Assembly (NCBI GenBank): GCA_046565645.1
Contig: JBKHYD010000046.1
Coordinates: 28,380 to 92,379 of the forward strand
DNA length: 64,000 nt
Direction: 5' to 3'
DNA from: Acidimicrobiia bacterium
Lineage (GTDB): Bacteria > Actinomycetota > Acidimicrobiia > Acidimicrobiales > VFJN01
Part shown: positions 1-8,741 of the stretch, piece by piece
Numbering within the stretch: the first letter of the stretch is position 1
Layout: each line of letters opens with the position of its first letter
Translations under genes and position numbers: made by a program
Notes under the pieces: model-generated
The model's input: the letters and a program-made list of their open reading frames with translations, nothing else
The model's database searches: none
Told to the model about the DNA's origin: nothing

Positions 1-28
1 ACGGGGTGCTGCTACTTCGTGGTGCTCG

Positions 29-769
29 TCAGGGCAGGTAGCCGTACTGGGTCAGCAGCTCCTTGACTGCATCCGAATCCAAGAACTCCATCAGGGAGTC
101 GGCCGCCGGCGAGCCGCTGGGGCGCATCAGCGACAGGTCGATCACGATGTTCTGGTCCTCCGGGATCTCTACCAGCTCCACCCCATCGGGCACGGGCTGG
201 CCCCCTCTGAACAGGAAGGCGGCGTCGAGCTCGCCGTCGGCGATGGCCTGCAGCGACTCCCCTTCGCAGCCTGCCTTCACCGTGGCCGGATCGGGGGTGA
301 CACCAAGGTTGGCCAGCACCCCGACCACGAAGTTCCCGAGCGGCGTCTGGTCGCCGCAGACAGCGACGGTCGCGTCGCCGCCCGCTGCGAAGTCCTCGGG
401 AGCGATGCCACCCGGGTTCCCGGCAGGCACCGCCATCACCACGACGTTGCGCCCGAACGGCTCGGCGCCCTCGAGGTCGGTGAGCCAGGCATTGGGCACC
501 ACCGCAACGTCCGCCTCGCCGGTCTCGACGGAAGCGACCAGGTCGGCCTGGTCCTCGGCGACGACGGTCACCTCGGCGCGGGGGTCGGCGGCCCGGTAGG
601 CGTCGACCACCAGCGTCATGAGGTCCTCGAGCGGAGGTGCGGTGTGGAGCGCGATCTTCCCGCCGCCTCCCTCGCCGGTGGTGGTGGTGGGAGAGCTGTC
701 GTCGCCTCCGCACCCTGCCACCAGGGCGAGCGCGAGAGCGCCTACCACCAGGACTCTGCTCCGTCTCAA
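29..769 (-). CDS. Extracellular solute-binding lipoprotein, ModA (molybdate/tungstate)-like type 2 periplasmic binding protein
   Basis: 246 aa ORF. The N-terminal signal peptide carries the lipobox LVAGC. The body resembles ModA-type binding proteins (alternating beta-alpha segments, ...DVAVVPN..., ...AAFLFRG...). Codon usage is coherent, unlike the overlapping R/P/G-rich ORFs. Confidence 0.55.
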   Translation of the reverse strand: MRRSRVLVVGALALALVAGCGGDDSSPTTTTGEGGGGKIALHTAPPLEDLMTLVVDAYRAADPRAEVTVVAEDQADLVASVETGEADVAVVPNAWLTDLEGAEPFGRNVVVMAVPAGNPGGIAPEDFAAGGDATVAVCGDQTPLGNFVVGVLANLGVTPDPATVKAGCEGESLQAIADGELDAAFLFRGGQPVPDGVELVEIPEDQNIVIDLSLMRPSGSPAADSLMEFLDSDAVKELLTQYGYLP

Positions 770-834
770 TGCTTCCTCCGGTCCGGGGAACTCCGCATGG
801 TAGCGGTCTGTCGAGCGGCCATCAGCCGTGGCGG

Positions 835-1758
835 TCAGCGCCGCAGCGTCCGCCGGCTGGCCTGCGCAGCGGAGCGCTCGATGAGGGGAAGGACCTCGGG
901 GTCAACGTGGCCCATGTAGAGGGGCTCGTTGTCCGGGGGCTGGTGGCCCGTCCCCGTGATCGACTCGTAGTCAGCGTGCATCTCGTCCCAGGTGAAGCGT
1001 CGTGAGGTGGCGGCTCCGCCGTGGTGCTGGTGGAAGGTGGCCTCCCCGAGGAGCACGATCAGCTCAGCGTCCGGGAGGGCGCAGGCCCGGCGAAAGAGGT
1101 CGTGGTTCACCAGGCCGCCGCCGGGGAGGGCGAAGCGCTCGTCGAGGCCACCCAGTGCCTCCCACGCCTCACGGTGCAGGAAGAGGCTGCTGCTCTCGCC
1201 CATCGGACCGAACAGCCCGCGGCCCGACGATCCGGCGAGGGTGCTGATCGAGAACAGGCGGTAGCCGTCCTCCTCCCAGCCCGAACCCGCAAGGAGCTCG
1301 TCCTCGACCGCCTGGTCGTAGCCCACCTCGGCGGCCCGCATGTGGGGCACGTCGCCCAGGTGGAGGGCGGCGGCAGTGATCACGGGCCGCGGGGCCAGGC
1401 TGGTGGCGCGCAGGGCCCCGCCCAGCAGCCCCGGCGACGCCAGGCGGGCGCCGTCGACGACGAGCCCGACGAGGTCGCCGTCCGCGAGCTCGATGCCGTG
1501 GTTGGCCGCCCGGGCCGGGGAAGGGGGCGCTGGGTCGAGCCACTCGAGGCGCAGGCGCCCGCCGAAGCCATCGGCCAGCGACGGGTCCACGGGGGTCGGC
1601 GAGCCGTTGTCGACCACGATCACCTCGTAGTCGCAGGCCTCGATGCCACGCTGGTGAGCCGGGCTCAGCGACCGCAACGTCCGCGGCAGCTCGCGGGCCA
1701 TGTCGTAGGCCACCACCACGACGCTCAGCGTCGGCCGGGGTCGCTGGGTCGAGGTCAC
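835..1758 (-). CDS. Family 2 glycosyltransferase
   Basis: This is the C-terminal 308 codons of the 835..4005 ORF. A GTG at 1758 is followed by LSVVVVAYDMARELPRTLRSL and DYEVIVVDNGS (GT2 fold with a DxD-like VVDG). The upstream part of the long ORF is antisense to the 1852..5292 gene and has junk composition. Confidence 0.8.
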   Translation of the reverse strand: MTSTQRPRPTLSVVVVAYDMARELPRTLRSLSPAHQRGIEACDYEVIVVDNGSPTPVDPSLADGFGGRLRLEWLDPAPPSPARAANHGIELADGDLVGLVVDGARLASPGLLGGALRATSLAPRPVITAAALHLGDVPHMRAAEVGYDQAVEDELLAGSGWEEDGYRLFSISTLAGSSGRGLFGPMGESSSLFLHREAWEALGGLDERFALPGGGLVNHDLFRRACALPDAELIVLLGEATFHQHHGGAATSRRFTWDEMHADYESITGTGHQPPDNEPLYMGHVDPEVLPLIERSAAQASRRTLRR

Positions 1759-1851
1759 GGCCGGCGACGGTAGCGGCCGGCGCGCGAACCCGCGGTGCCC
1801 GTCGCGCCTGCTCTCCCAGACAACCGAGCAGATCGGTGCTAGGACCCCCGC

Positions 1852-4800
1852 ATGGGTGGGATGCGCTCCTTCGTCGTAGCTTCGGTCATCCTCGGCTCGC
1901 TGGCGGCTGGTTCGCCGGCCGTCGCCGAACACGCTCCGGGAGCGCCCCCGCCCTCGTACGAGGTGCGTGAGAGCGTCGAGCAGCTCTCGGTCACCGGCCT
2001 CGAGCCGGGCACCGAGGTGGAGGTGCTGCACCCCGTGAGCAGCGCCGGCCGCGGTGGTCGGGTGGTGCAACGGGCCACCGCCGATGCCCTCGGCAGCGTG
2101 CTGTTCCGCCAGCTCGAGCCGGGCGACCGCTACGGGATCCGGGTGGGCGGCTCCGTCACCCGCGGCCTCGAGGTGGCGTCGCCGGCCTCGTCGCTGCCCG
2201 ACCAGTCGCACTACGACGACCAGGTCCTCACCGAGGGCTTCCAGTACATCGAGACCCGCGACGGCACCCTGCTGTCGGTCAACGTGGTCCTGCCCGGCCC
2301 GCCCGAGGACGGCCCGTACCCCACCGTCGTCGAGTACAGCGGCTACGACCCGTCGAACCCCGTCGCCGGCCTCGGCGGCCTGGCCGGCGGCCTCGACCCC
2401 ACCCCGCTGTGCGGCGCCCTGCCGATCCTCTGCAAGGCGCCCGCCCAGCCCGGCTCCCTGCTGGCCGGCCTGATGGGCTACGCCGTGGTGGGCGTGAACG
2501 TGCGGGGCACCGGCTGCTCCGGCGGGGCCTACGACTTCTTCGAAGAGCTCCAGGTGCTCGACGGCTACGACGTGATCGAGACCGTCGCCGCCCAGGACTG
2601 GGTGCGGGGAGGCAAGGTCGGCATGGTCGGCTTGTCGTATCCGGGCATCTCCCAGCTCTTCGTGGCCCGCTCCCAGCCGCCGAGCCTGGCCGCCATCACG
2701 CCGCTGTCGGTCTACGGGGACACGGGCACGGGAGTGCTTCGCCCGGGCGGGATGCTCAACACCGGGTTCGCCACCTCCTGGGCCGACCAGGTGCTGGCCA
2801 ACGCCCGGCCGTCGGGCACCGGGTGGGTGCGGCAGCTGATCGCCGAGGGCGACGAGACCTGCGAGGCCAACCAGGCGCTGCGCCTCCAGAACGTGGACGC
2901 CACCGAGAAGGCCCTGGCCAACCCGTACTACACCGACGAGGTGGCGGGGCCGCTCGACGTGCGCCGCTTCGCCGGCGACATCGAGGTCCCGGTGTTCCTG
3001 GCTTCGGCCTGGCAGGACGAGCAGACGGGCCCGTCGTTCGCCGACCTCCTCGACCGCTTCACGGCGGCGCCGGTGACCCGCTTCACGCTCTACAACGGCC
3101 TGCACGCCGATGGCTTCGCGCCCCAGGTGCTGGCGGAGTGGGACGCCTTCCTCGACCTGTACGTGGCCGACGAGGTGCCGTCGATCCCGCCGGTCGTGCG
3201 GTTCCTCACACCGCTGTTCACCCAGGCCCTCTTCGGGGGCGCGGTGGTGCTGCCGCCCGACCGCTGGGGCGGGGTGGCCACCGCCGACGACGCCCGGGCC
3301 CGCTATGAGGCCGAGGACCCGGTGCGGGTGCTCTTCGAGAGCGGGGCGGGCGCCGCCCCGGGGCTGCCCGTGGCGGCCTGGGAGCGCAGCTCGTCCCGCT
3401 GGCCCGACCCGGCGACGACCGCACAGCGCTGGTGGCTCGACCCTGTGGGCCGTCTGGCCCCGGGGGCGCCGAGCGCGCCCACGGCCGTGGGCATCACCCA
3501 CGACGCCGCCACCGGCTCCACCACGTACTGGGACGGCGGCAGCTCGAGCATCTGGCAGGCGCTGCCGCCCTACGACTGGCAGCCTGCGCCCCGTGGCGAG
3601 CAGGCTGCCTTCGAGACGGCGCCCCTCACGGCACCGCTCACGATGCTCGGCACCGGCAGCGTCGACCTGTGGGTGCGCTCCACCGCCGCCGACGCGGACC
3701 TCGAGGTGGTGGTCTCCGAGGTCCGGCCCGACGGCCAGGAGATGCTCGTGCAGTCGGGCCGGCTGCGAGCCAGCGTGCGGGCCCTCGAGCCCACCTCCAC
3801 CGAGCTGCACCCCGTGCAGCTCGGCCGGGAGGCCACGGTGGCGCCGCTGCCGGCGGGCGAGTGGACCTCCGTGCGGGTGCTGCTGCCCGCGTTCGGGCAC
3901 GCCTTCCGGGCCGGATCCAGGGTGCGGCTCACGGTGAACGTCCCCGGTGGCGACCAGGCCACCTGGGCCTACGAGCTGCTCGACCTGCCCGAGGGCACCC
4001 AGCACCTCATCGGCACGGGCGGCGTGGCGGCGTCGTCGGTGGCCCTGCCGGTGCTACCCGGCGTGGCGCCCCCCACGGACCTGCCGCCCTGCCCCTCGCT
4101 GCGGGGGCAGCCCTGCCGGCCGGCACCGCCGATCGACAACGTGGTGGTCCCCGTGCCGGCGGCGCCACCGGGCCCGGCCCGCTGCGCGGGCACGGGCGCC
4201 CCCACCGGCACCCGCGTCGACGAGCGCCCCGCGTCGGACCAGCTCCTGCGGCAGTGCCTCCGGCTCAACCAGGTGCAGGTCCTGGGCACCCACAACAGCT
4301 ACAAGGAGCCCGTCACGCCGGAGATCATGGCCGCCCTCTACGCGTTCGACCCGGCGCTGGCGTCGTCGCTCGAGTACTCCCACGTGTCCCTGGCCGAGCA
4401 GCTCTCGACCCAGGGCATCCGCCAGATCGAGCTCGACGTGTTCGCCGACCCGGTGGGCGGCCTCTACAGCGGCCGGCGGGGACTGGCCATCGTCGGCCTC
4501 CCCAACGACGCGCCACCGGAGCTGGACGAACCCGGGTTCAAGGTGCTGCACGTGCAGGACCTGGACTTCAACTCGTCGTGCCTCACGTTCGTGGCCTGCC
4601 TGGAGCAGGTGGAGGCGTGGTCCGACGCCAACCCCACCCACCTGCCGATCGCCGTGCTGGTGGAGCTCAAGGACGATCCCATCCCCGACCCCGGCCTCGG
4701 GTTCGTGGTGCCCCACGCGATCGGCGCGGCCGAGCTCGACGCCCTCGACGCCGAGATCCGCTCGGTGTTCGACGACGACGACGTGCTCACGCCCGACGAC

Positions 4801-5292
4801 ATCAGGGGCGACCACCCAACCCTGGAGGCAGCCGTGCTCGCCGGGGCGTGGCCGACCCTCGAGGAGGCGCAGGGCCAGGTGCTGCTGCTGATGGACAACG
4901 GCGGCACCGACCGCGCCACCTACCGCGCCGGTCGCCCCTCGCTCGAGGGGCGGATGCTCTTCACCAACGCCGAGCCCGGGTCGGCCGATGCCGCGTTCGT
5001 GAAGGTGAACGAGCCGGTCGGCGCCGAGGCCCGCATCCAGGCGCTGGTGGCGGCCGGCTACGTGGTGCGCACGCGCGCCGACGAGCCGACCGTGCAGGCC
5101 CGCAACGGCGACACGACCCAGCGGGACGCGGCCCTGGCCAGTGGCGCCCAGTGGGTGAGCACCGACTACCCGGTGCCGGGCAGCTCCCCGTTCTCCGACT
5201 ACTTCGCCTCGATCCCCGGTGGCAGCCCGGCCCGCTGCAACCCGGTCAACACGGGCCCGCGGTGCCGCAGCAGCGCCCTCGAGCGCCTCTGA
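1852..5292 (+). CDS. Secreted two-module protein: CocE/NonD (peptidase S15 / X-Pro dipeptidyl-peptidase-like) serine hydrolase fused to a Ca-dependent PI-PLC-like phosphodiesterase domain
   Basis: 1146 aa uninterrupted ORF with an N-terminal signal peptide (MRSFVVASVILGSLAAGSPAVA). The hydrolase nucleophile elbow is GMVGLSYPG, in a roughly 650 aa CocE/NonD-like region. A Pro/Cys-rich linker follows, then LNQVQVLGTHNSYKEP...IELDVFADP...VSTDYP, typical of bacterial PI-PLC-C1 type domains. Confidence 0.8.
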   Translation: MGGMRSFVVASVILGSLAAGSPAVAEHAPGAPPPSYEVRESVEQLSVTGLEPGTEVEVLHPVSSAGRGGRVVQRATADALGSVLFRQLEPGDRYGIRVGGSVTRGLEVASPASSLPDQSHYDDQVLTEGFQYIETRDGTLLSVNVVLPGPPEDGPYPTVVEYSGYDPSNPVAGLGGLAGGLDPTPLCGALPILCKAPAQPGSLLAGLMGYAVVGVNVRGTGCSGGAYDFFEELQVLDGYDVIETVAAQDWVRGGKVGMVGLSYPGISQLFVARSQPPSLAAITPLSVYGDTGTGVLRPGGMLNTGFATSWADQVLANARPSGTGWVRQLIAEGDETCEANQALRLQNVDATEKALANPYYTDEVAGPLDVRRFAGDIEVPVFLASAWQDEQTGPSFADLLDRFTAAPVTRFTLYNGLHADGFAPQVLAEWDAFLDLYVADEVPSIPPVVRFLTPLFTQALFGGAVVLPPDRWGGVATADDARARYEAEDPVRVLFESGAGAAPGLPVAAWERSSSRWPDPATTAQRWWLDPVGRLAPGAPSAPTAVGITHDAATGSTTYWDGGSSSIWQALPPYDWQPAPRGEQAAFETAPLTAPLTMLGTGSVDLWVRSTAADADLEVVVSEVRPDGQEMLVQSGRLRASVRALEPTSTELHPVQLGREATVAPLPAGEWTSVRVLLPAFGHAFRAGSRVRLTVNVPGGDQATWAYELLDLPEGTQHLIGTGGVAASSVALPVLPGVAPPTDLPPCPSLRGQPCRPAPPIDNVVVPVPAAPPGPARCAGTGAPTGTRVDERPASDQLLRQCLRLNQVQVLGTHNSYKEPVTPEIMAALYAFDPALASSLEYSHVSLAEQLSTQGIRQIELDVFADPVGGLYSGRRGLAIVGLPNDAPPELDEPGFKVLHVQDLDFNSSCLTFVACLEQVEAWSDANPTHLPIAVLVELKDDPIPDPGLGFVVPHAIGAAELDALDAEIRSVFDDDDVLTPDDIRGDHPTLEAAVLAGAWPTLEEAQGQVLLLMDNGGTDRATYRAGRPSLEGRMLFTNAEPGSADAAFVKVNEPVGAEARIQALVAAGYVVRTRADEPTVQARNGDTTQRDAALASGAQWVSTDYPVPGSSPFSDYFASIPGGSPARCNPVNTGPRCRSSALERL

Positions 5293-5303
5293 GGCGCGGC
5301 AGA

Positions 5304-6506
5304 TCAGGCCGTCGCGCCGAGGGCCTCGACGACGCGGCGCACCTGCTCGTCCCACGACCAGGCTGCGCGCGCCGTAGCCCGGCCCGCCTCGCCCAGGCGC
5401 TTGCGCAGGACCGGATCGTCGCGCAGACGGGCCAGCGCACCGGCCAGGGCGGCCGGGTCGTGGGGAGCCACCAGCAGGGCGTCGACCCCGTCGCGCAGCC
5501 GCTCGGGCAGCTGGCCGGCGGCGGGAGCCACCACCGCGAGGCCCGCTGCCAGGTACTCGGCCAGCTTCAGCGGCGAGTAGTGGAAGGGGCTGTCGGCGGG
5601 CGCCGCCACCACGGCGACGTCCATGGCCCACAGGTGCTCCGGGAGCCGGTCGTGCGCCACGGTGCCGGTGCAGGTGGTGGGGACGCCGCGGGCCCGGGCC
5701 AGGGCCTCGATGCGGGGACGCTCCGGCCCGTCGCCCACGAGGAGCAGCGCTGCCCCGTCGACGGCGGCCACCGCCTCCACCACCTGGTCCAGGGCGTGGA
5801 AGCGCCGGAAGCTGCCCACCCAGCCGACCACGAAGCGGCCCTCGAGGCCGAGAGCCCGACGGAGGGGGGCCGGGTCGGGCACGTTGTCGAAGCCCTCGAG
5901 GTCGACGCCGCTCGGAGTGGTGATCACCCGCTCGGGCGGCGTGCCGAGGCGACGCACCTGCTCGGCCACGGTGGCGGTGCCGCAGGCCACGAGGTCGGCG
6001 GCGCACAGCGCCGGCTTCTCGCCGACGCGCTCGAGCAGCCCGCCCCAGCCGGGGCGGCGGGTGCCCCACTGCTCGGCCTCCCACACCACGGTGGCGGGCA
6101 CGAAGAGCACCGACGGCACCCGCAGGGCACGGGCGAGCTTCAGGCCGGCCTGTTGGAAGAGCTCGTGGCGCTGCCACACGAAGGCCACCTCGGTGCCCCG
6201 CCACGGACCGACCGGGTCCACCCGGAAGCCGCCCTGGTGGCGCCACTGGCGCAGGTCCTTCACGGCGGTCTTCACGGGTGCGGGGACCCGGCGGTGCGCG
6301 GGCGGCGTGGCCCGGCTGCGCAGCGATGCGTCGGAGCCGCGTCGGCGGGCCTCGACGGGGGAGAGGACACCGGCCGGCGTCACCACCCAGGATCGCCCTA
6401 GCAGCCGCTCGGCCGCCGCCGCCCAGCCGCTCGTGCTGAGCAGCGAGGCCACCGGCCCCTGCTGCTCGGTGGGGGAGCCGGCCACGACGAAGATCGCTCC
6501 GGCCAC
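5304..6506 (-). CDS. Family 4 (GT-B) glycosyltransferase
   Basis: This is the C-terminal 400 codons of ORF 5304..7418, starting at a GTG at 6506. GT4 hallmarks are present: ...VGWVGSFRRFHALDQVVEAV..., LLLVGDGPER and SPLKLAEYLAAGLAVVAP (E-x7-E region). Confidence 0.75.
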   Translation of the reverse strand: MAGAIFVVAGSPTEQQGPVASLLSTSGWAAAAERLLGRSWVVTPAGVLSPVEARRRGSDASLRSRATPPAHRRVPAPVKTAVKDLRQWRHQGGFRVDPVGPWRGTEVAFVWQRHELFQQAGLKLARALRVPSVLFVPATVVWEAEQWGTRRPGWGGLLERVGEKPALCAADLVACGTATVAEQVRRLGTPPERVITTPSGVDLEGFDNVPDPAPLRRALGLEGRFVVGWVGSFRRFHALDQVVEAVAAVDGAALLLVGDGPERPRIEALARARGVPTTCTGTVAHDRLPEHLWAMDVAVVAAPADSPFHYSPLKLAEYLAAGLAVVAPAAGQLPERLRDGVDALLVAPHDPAALAGALARLRDDPVLRKRLGEAGRATARAAWSWDEQVRRVVEALGATA

Positions 6507-6584
6507 GGGCGGGAGGGTAGCCCGACCGGGCTGCGCCGCCGCTCGCCCGCCCCCCTGGTGGTGGGACGGTACCGTGGCGGCGAG

Positions 6585-8741
6585 ATGCCGTCCGCCGCAC
6601 GGTCGACGGGGGGGTCCCCCGCCGTCGATGCCCGCACCCCGAACCTGTTCATCATCGGCGCCCCGAAGGCGGGCACCACCTTCGTGCACCACGCCCTCGA
6701 CCTCGTGCCCGACGTGTTCATGTCGAGCGTGAAGGAGCCGGGCTTCTTCACCTCGGACCGCGACCAGCGTCGAGGGCTCGGGTACTACCTCGACGCCTAC
6801 TTCGCCAAGGCGGCCGGCCACCCGCTGCGGGGCGAGTCGACGCCGTGGTACCTGTACTCCGAGGCGGCCTGCCAGCGCATCGCCGCCCTGCCCACGCCCG
6901 AGCCGCCGAAGCTCGTGGTGCTCGTTCGGCGACCGTCGGCCCGGGCACGCTCGATGTACCTCGACCAGGTGCGCCTCAACAGGGAGCGCCGGTCGTTCGA
7001 GGAGGCGGTGGCGGCCGAGGTCGAGGGACTGGCTGCGGGTGAGCTCGTCGACGACGTGCGCCAGCGCTACGTGTGGGGTGGGCTGTACACGGACCACATC
7101 GTCCGCTGGCAGGAGGCCTTCGGCCCGGAGCGGGTGCACGTGGCGGTGCTCGATGACCTCACCGCCGACCCGGAGCGGGCCTGGGCTGACCTGGCCGCCT
7201 TCCTCGACCACGACCTGGGGCCCTCGCGGTTCGACGAGGTGGGGGAGCGCGACCGAAACCGGGCCGGCACGCTGCGGTGGCCGCGCGTGGATGCGTTCAT
7301 CCGCTCGTTCGAGGGGCGCGAGCAGCCCCTGGTGGAGGCGGCCAAGCAGGTGCTGCCTCCGGGGCTGCACCGCCGAGTGCTCCAGCAGGTCGGCCGGATC
7401 AACCGGACGCCGAGCCACGACCCCGAGGTGCAGGGCGACGACGCCGCCACCCTCGAGTGGCTCGACGAGCTCTACGCCCCGGAGGTGGAGCGCCTCGAGG
7501 GCCTCCTGGACCGCTCCCTGCCCACGTGGCGAAGGGGCGCCGAGCGCGACGACCGGCTTGTCGGCGGGACGGTCGCGGCGCCCGCCGCCGATGACGCGGC
7601 CGGCTCAGACGAGCCCGCCGCCCCCGAGCGCCCGCTGCGCATCGTGCACCTGCTCGCCCGCAGCCACCGCCGGGGCGCGGAGCTGGTGGCGGTGGAGCTG
7701 GCCGACGAGCTCGACCGCAAGGGCCACCGCAACCGCCTGGTGGCCCTCGGGCCGGCGCTGGGCGGCGGCCAGGAGGAGGGCCTGGTGCCGCTCGACGCGT
7801 CGGAGGGCGTGGGCCTGCGCGACCTGGTGGTGCGGGTGCGGGCGCTGCGCCGGCTGCTCGCCGAAGAGCCCGCCGACGTGGTGCTGGCCCACGGCGGCTG
7901 GGCGGCCCAGGTGGCCGCCTTGGCCGTGCCCCGGCCCGGCCCGCTGCTCGTGTGGCAGCGCATCCTCAGCTTCCCCGACCAGGTCTGGAGCCCCGCCCGT
8001 CGCCGGTGGTGGCGCGCCGTGGCCAGCCGCTTCGACGTGGGCGTCGCCCTCACCGACGACCTCGAGGACGAGCTGCGCCGCCTCGGCTTCGACCGGCCCG
8101 TGTGGGTGATCCCCAACTCCCGGCAGCCAGATCGGTTCCTGGCCCTCGACCGCGCCGCGGCCGCCGGCCGCCTGCGGGCCGAGCTGGCCGTGCCCGACGA
8201 CGTGCCCCTGATCGGCTTCGTGGGCCACCTCGTGCAGCAGAAGCGGCCCGAGCGGGCGCTGGAGGTGGTGGCCCGCCTGCGCGACCTGGGCACCGACGTG
8301 CACCTGGTGGTGGCCGGCGACGGCCCGCGCCGCGCCGCCCTAGAGGTGGAGGCCCGCACCCGCGGCCTCGACGGCTCTGTCACGTTCCTGGGTCACCGGC
8401 CCGACGTGGAGCACGTGTTCGGTGGGGTGGCCCTGGCGCTGCTCACAAGCGAGGCGGAGGGCATCCCGGGGGTGGCCATCGAGGCCCTGATGGCCGGCTG
8501 CCCGGTCGTGACCGTGCCCGTCGGCGGGGTGGCGCAGGTGGTGGCCGACGGAGTCACCGGTGTGGTGCTCGAGCGCCACGACCCGTCCGAGATGGCGCAG
8601 GCGGTCGCCGCCCTCCTGGCCGACCCGGCCCGGTTGGCGGCGATGGGGGAGGAGGCCCGGGCCCGCACCACCAGCTTCACGGCCTCGGCCACGGCGGCTG
8701 TCTACGCCGAGCGGCTGAGCGCCGCCCTCGCCGAGCGCTGA
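6585..8741 (+). CDS. Fusion protein: PAPS-type sulfotransferase domain (N-terminal) + family 4 glycosyltransferase domain (C-terminal)
   Basis: Single ORF; an alternative GTG start lies at 6558. The sulfotransferase 5'-PSB motif IIGAPKAGTT and 3'-PB-like VLVRRPSARARSMY occur in the first ~330 aa. After an Ala/Asp-rich linker comes the GT4 module: LRIVHLLARSHRRGAE..., LVVAGDGPRR and EGIPGVAIEALMAGCPVV. Confidence 0.75.
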   Translation: MPSAARSTGGSPAVDARTPNLFIIGAPKAGTTFVHHALDLVPDVFMSSVKEPGFFTSDRDQRRGLGYYLDAYFAKAAGHPLRGESTPWYLYSEAACQRIAALPTPEPPKLVVLVRRPSARARSMYLDQVRLNRERRSFEEAVAAEVEGLAAGELVDDVRQRYVWGGLYTDHIVRWQEAFGPERVHVAVLDDLTADPERAWADLAAFLDHDLGPSRFDEVGERDRNRAGTLRWPRVDAFIRSFEGREQPLVEAAKQVLPPGLHRRVLQQVGRINRTPSHDPEVQGDDAATLEWLDELYAPEVERLEGLLDRSLPTWRRGAERDDRLVGGTVAAPAADDAAGSDEPAAPERPLRIVHLLARSHRRGAELVAVELADELDRKGHRNRLVALGPALGGGQEEGLVPLDASEGVGLRDLVVRVRALRRLLAEEPADVVLAHGGWAAQVAALAVPRPGPLLVWQRILSFPDQVWSPARRRWWRAVASRFDVGVALTDDLEDELRRLGFDRPVWVIPNSRQPDRFLALDRAAAAGRLRAELAVPDDVPLIGFVGHLVQQKRPERALEVVARLRDLGTDVHLVVAGDGPRRAALEVEARTRGLDGSVTFLGHRPDVEHVFGGVALALLTSEAEGIPGVAIEALMAGCPVVTVPVGGVAQVVADGVTGVVLERHDPSEMAQAVAALLADPARLAAMGEEARARTTSFTASATAAVYAERLSAALAER

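Noticed and set aside
1759-4005. Upstream 750 codons of the 1056 aa minus-strand ORF (835..4005).
   Set aside because: It is antisense to the well-supported 1852..5292 gene. The translation is Arg/Gly/Pro/His-rich with no motifs, which is typical of a high-GC antisense open frame. Only the GT2 part (835..1758) was kept.
3432-6600. Very long ORFs 3432..6401 (+, 989 aa) and 4054..6600 (-, 848 aa).
   Set aside because: They are off-frame or antisense to the hydrolase-PLC and GT4 genes. Their composition is dominated by R, P, G and A, and they have no recognisable domains. They are artefacts of GC3-rich coding sequence.
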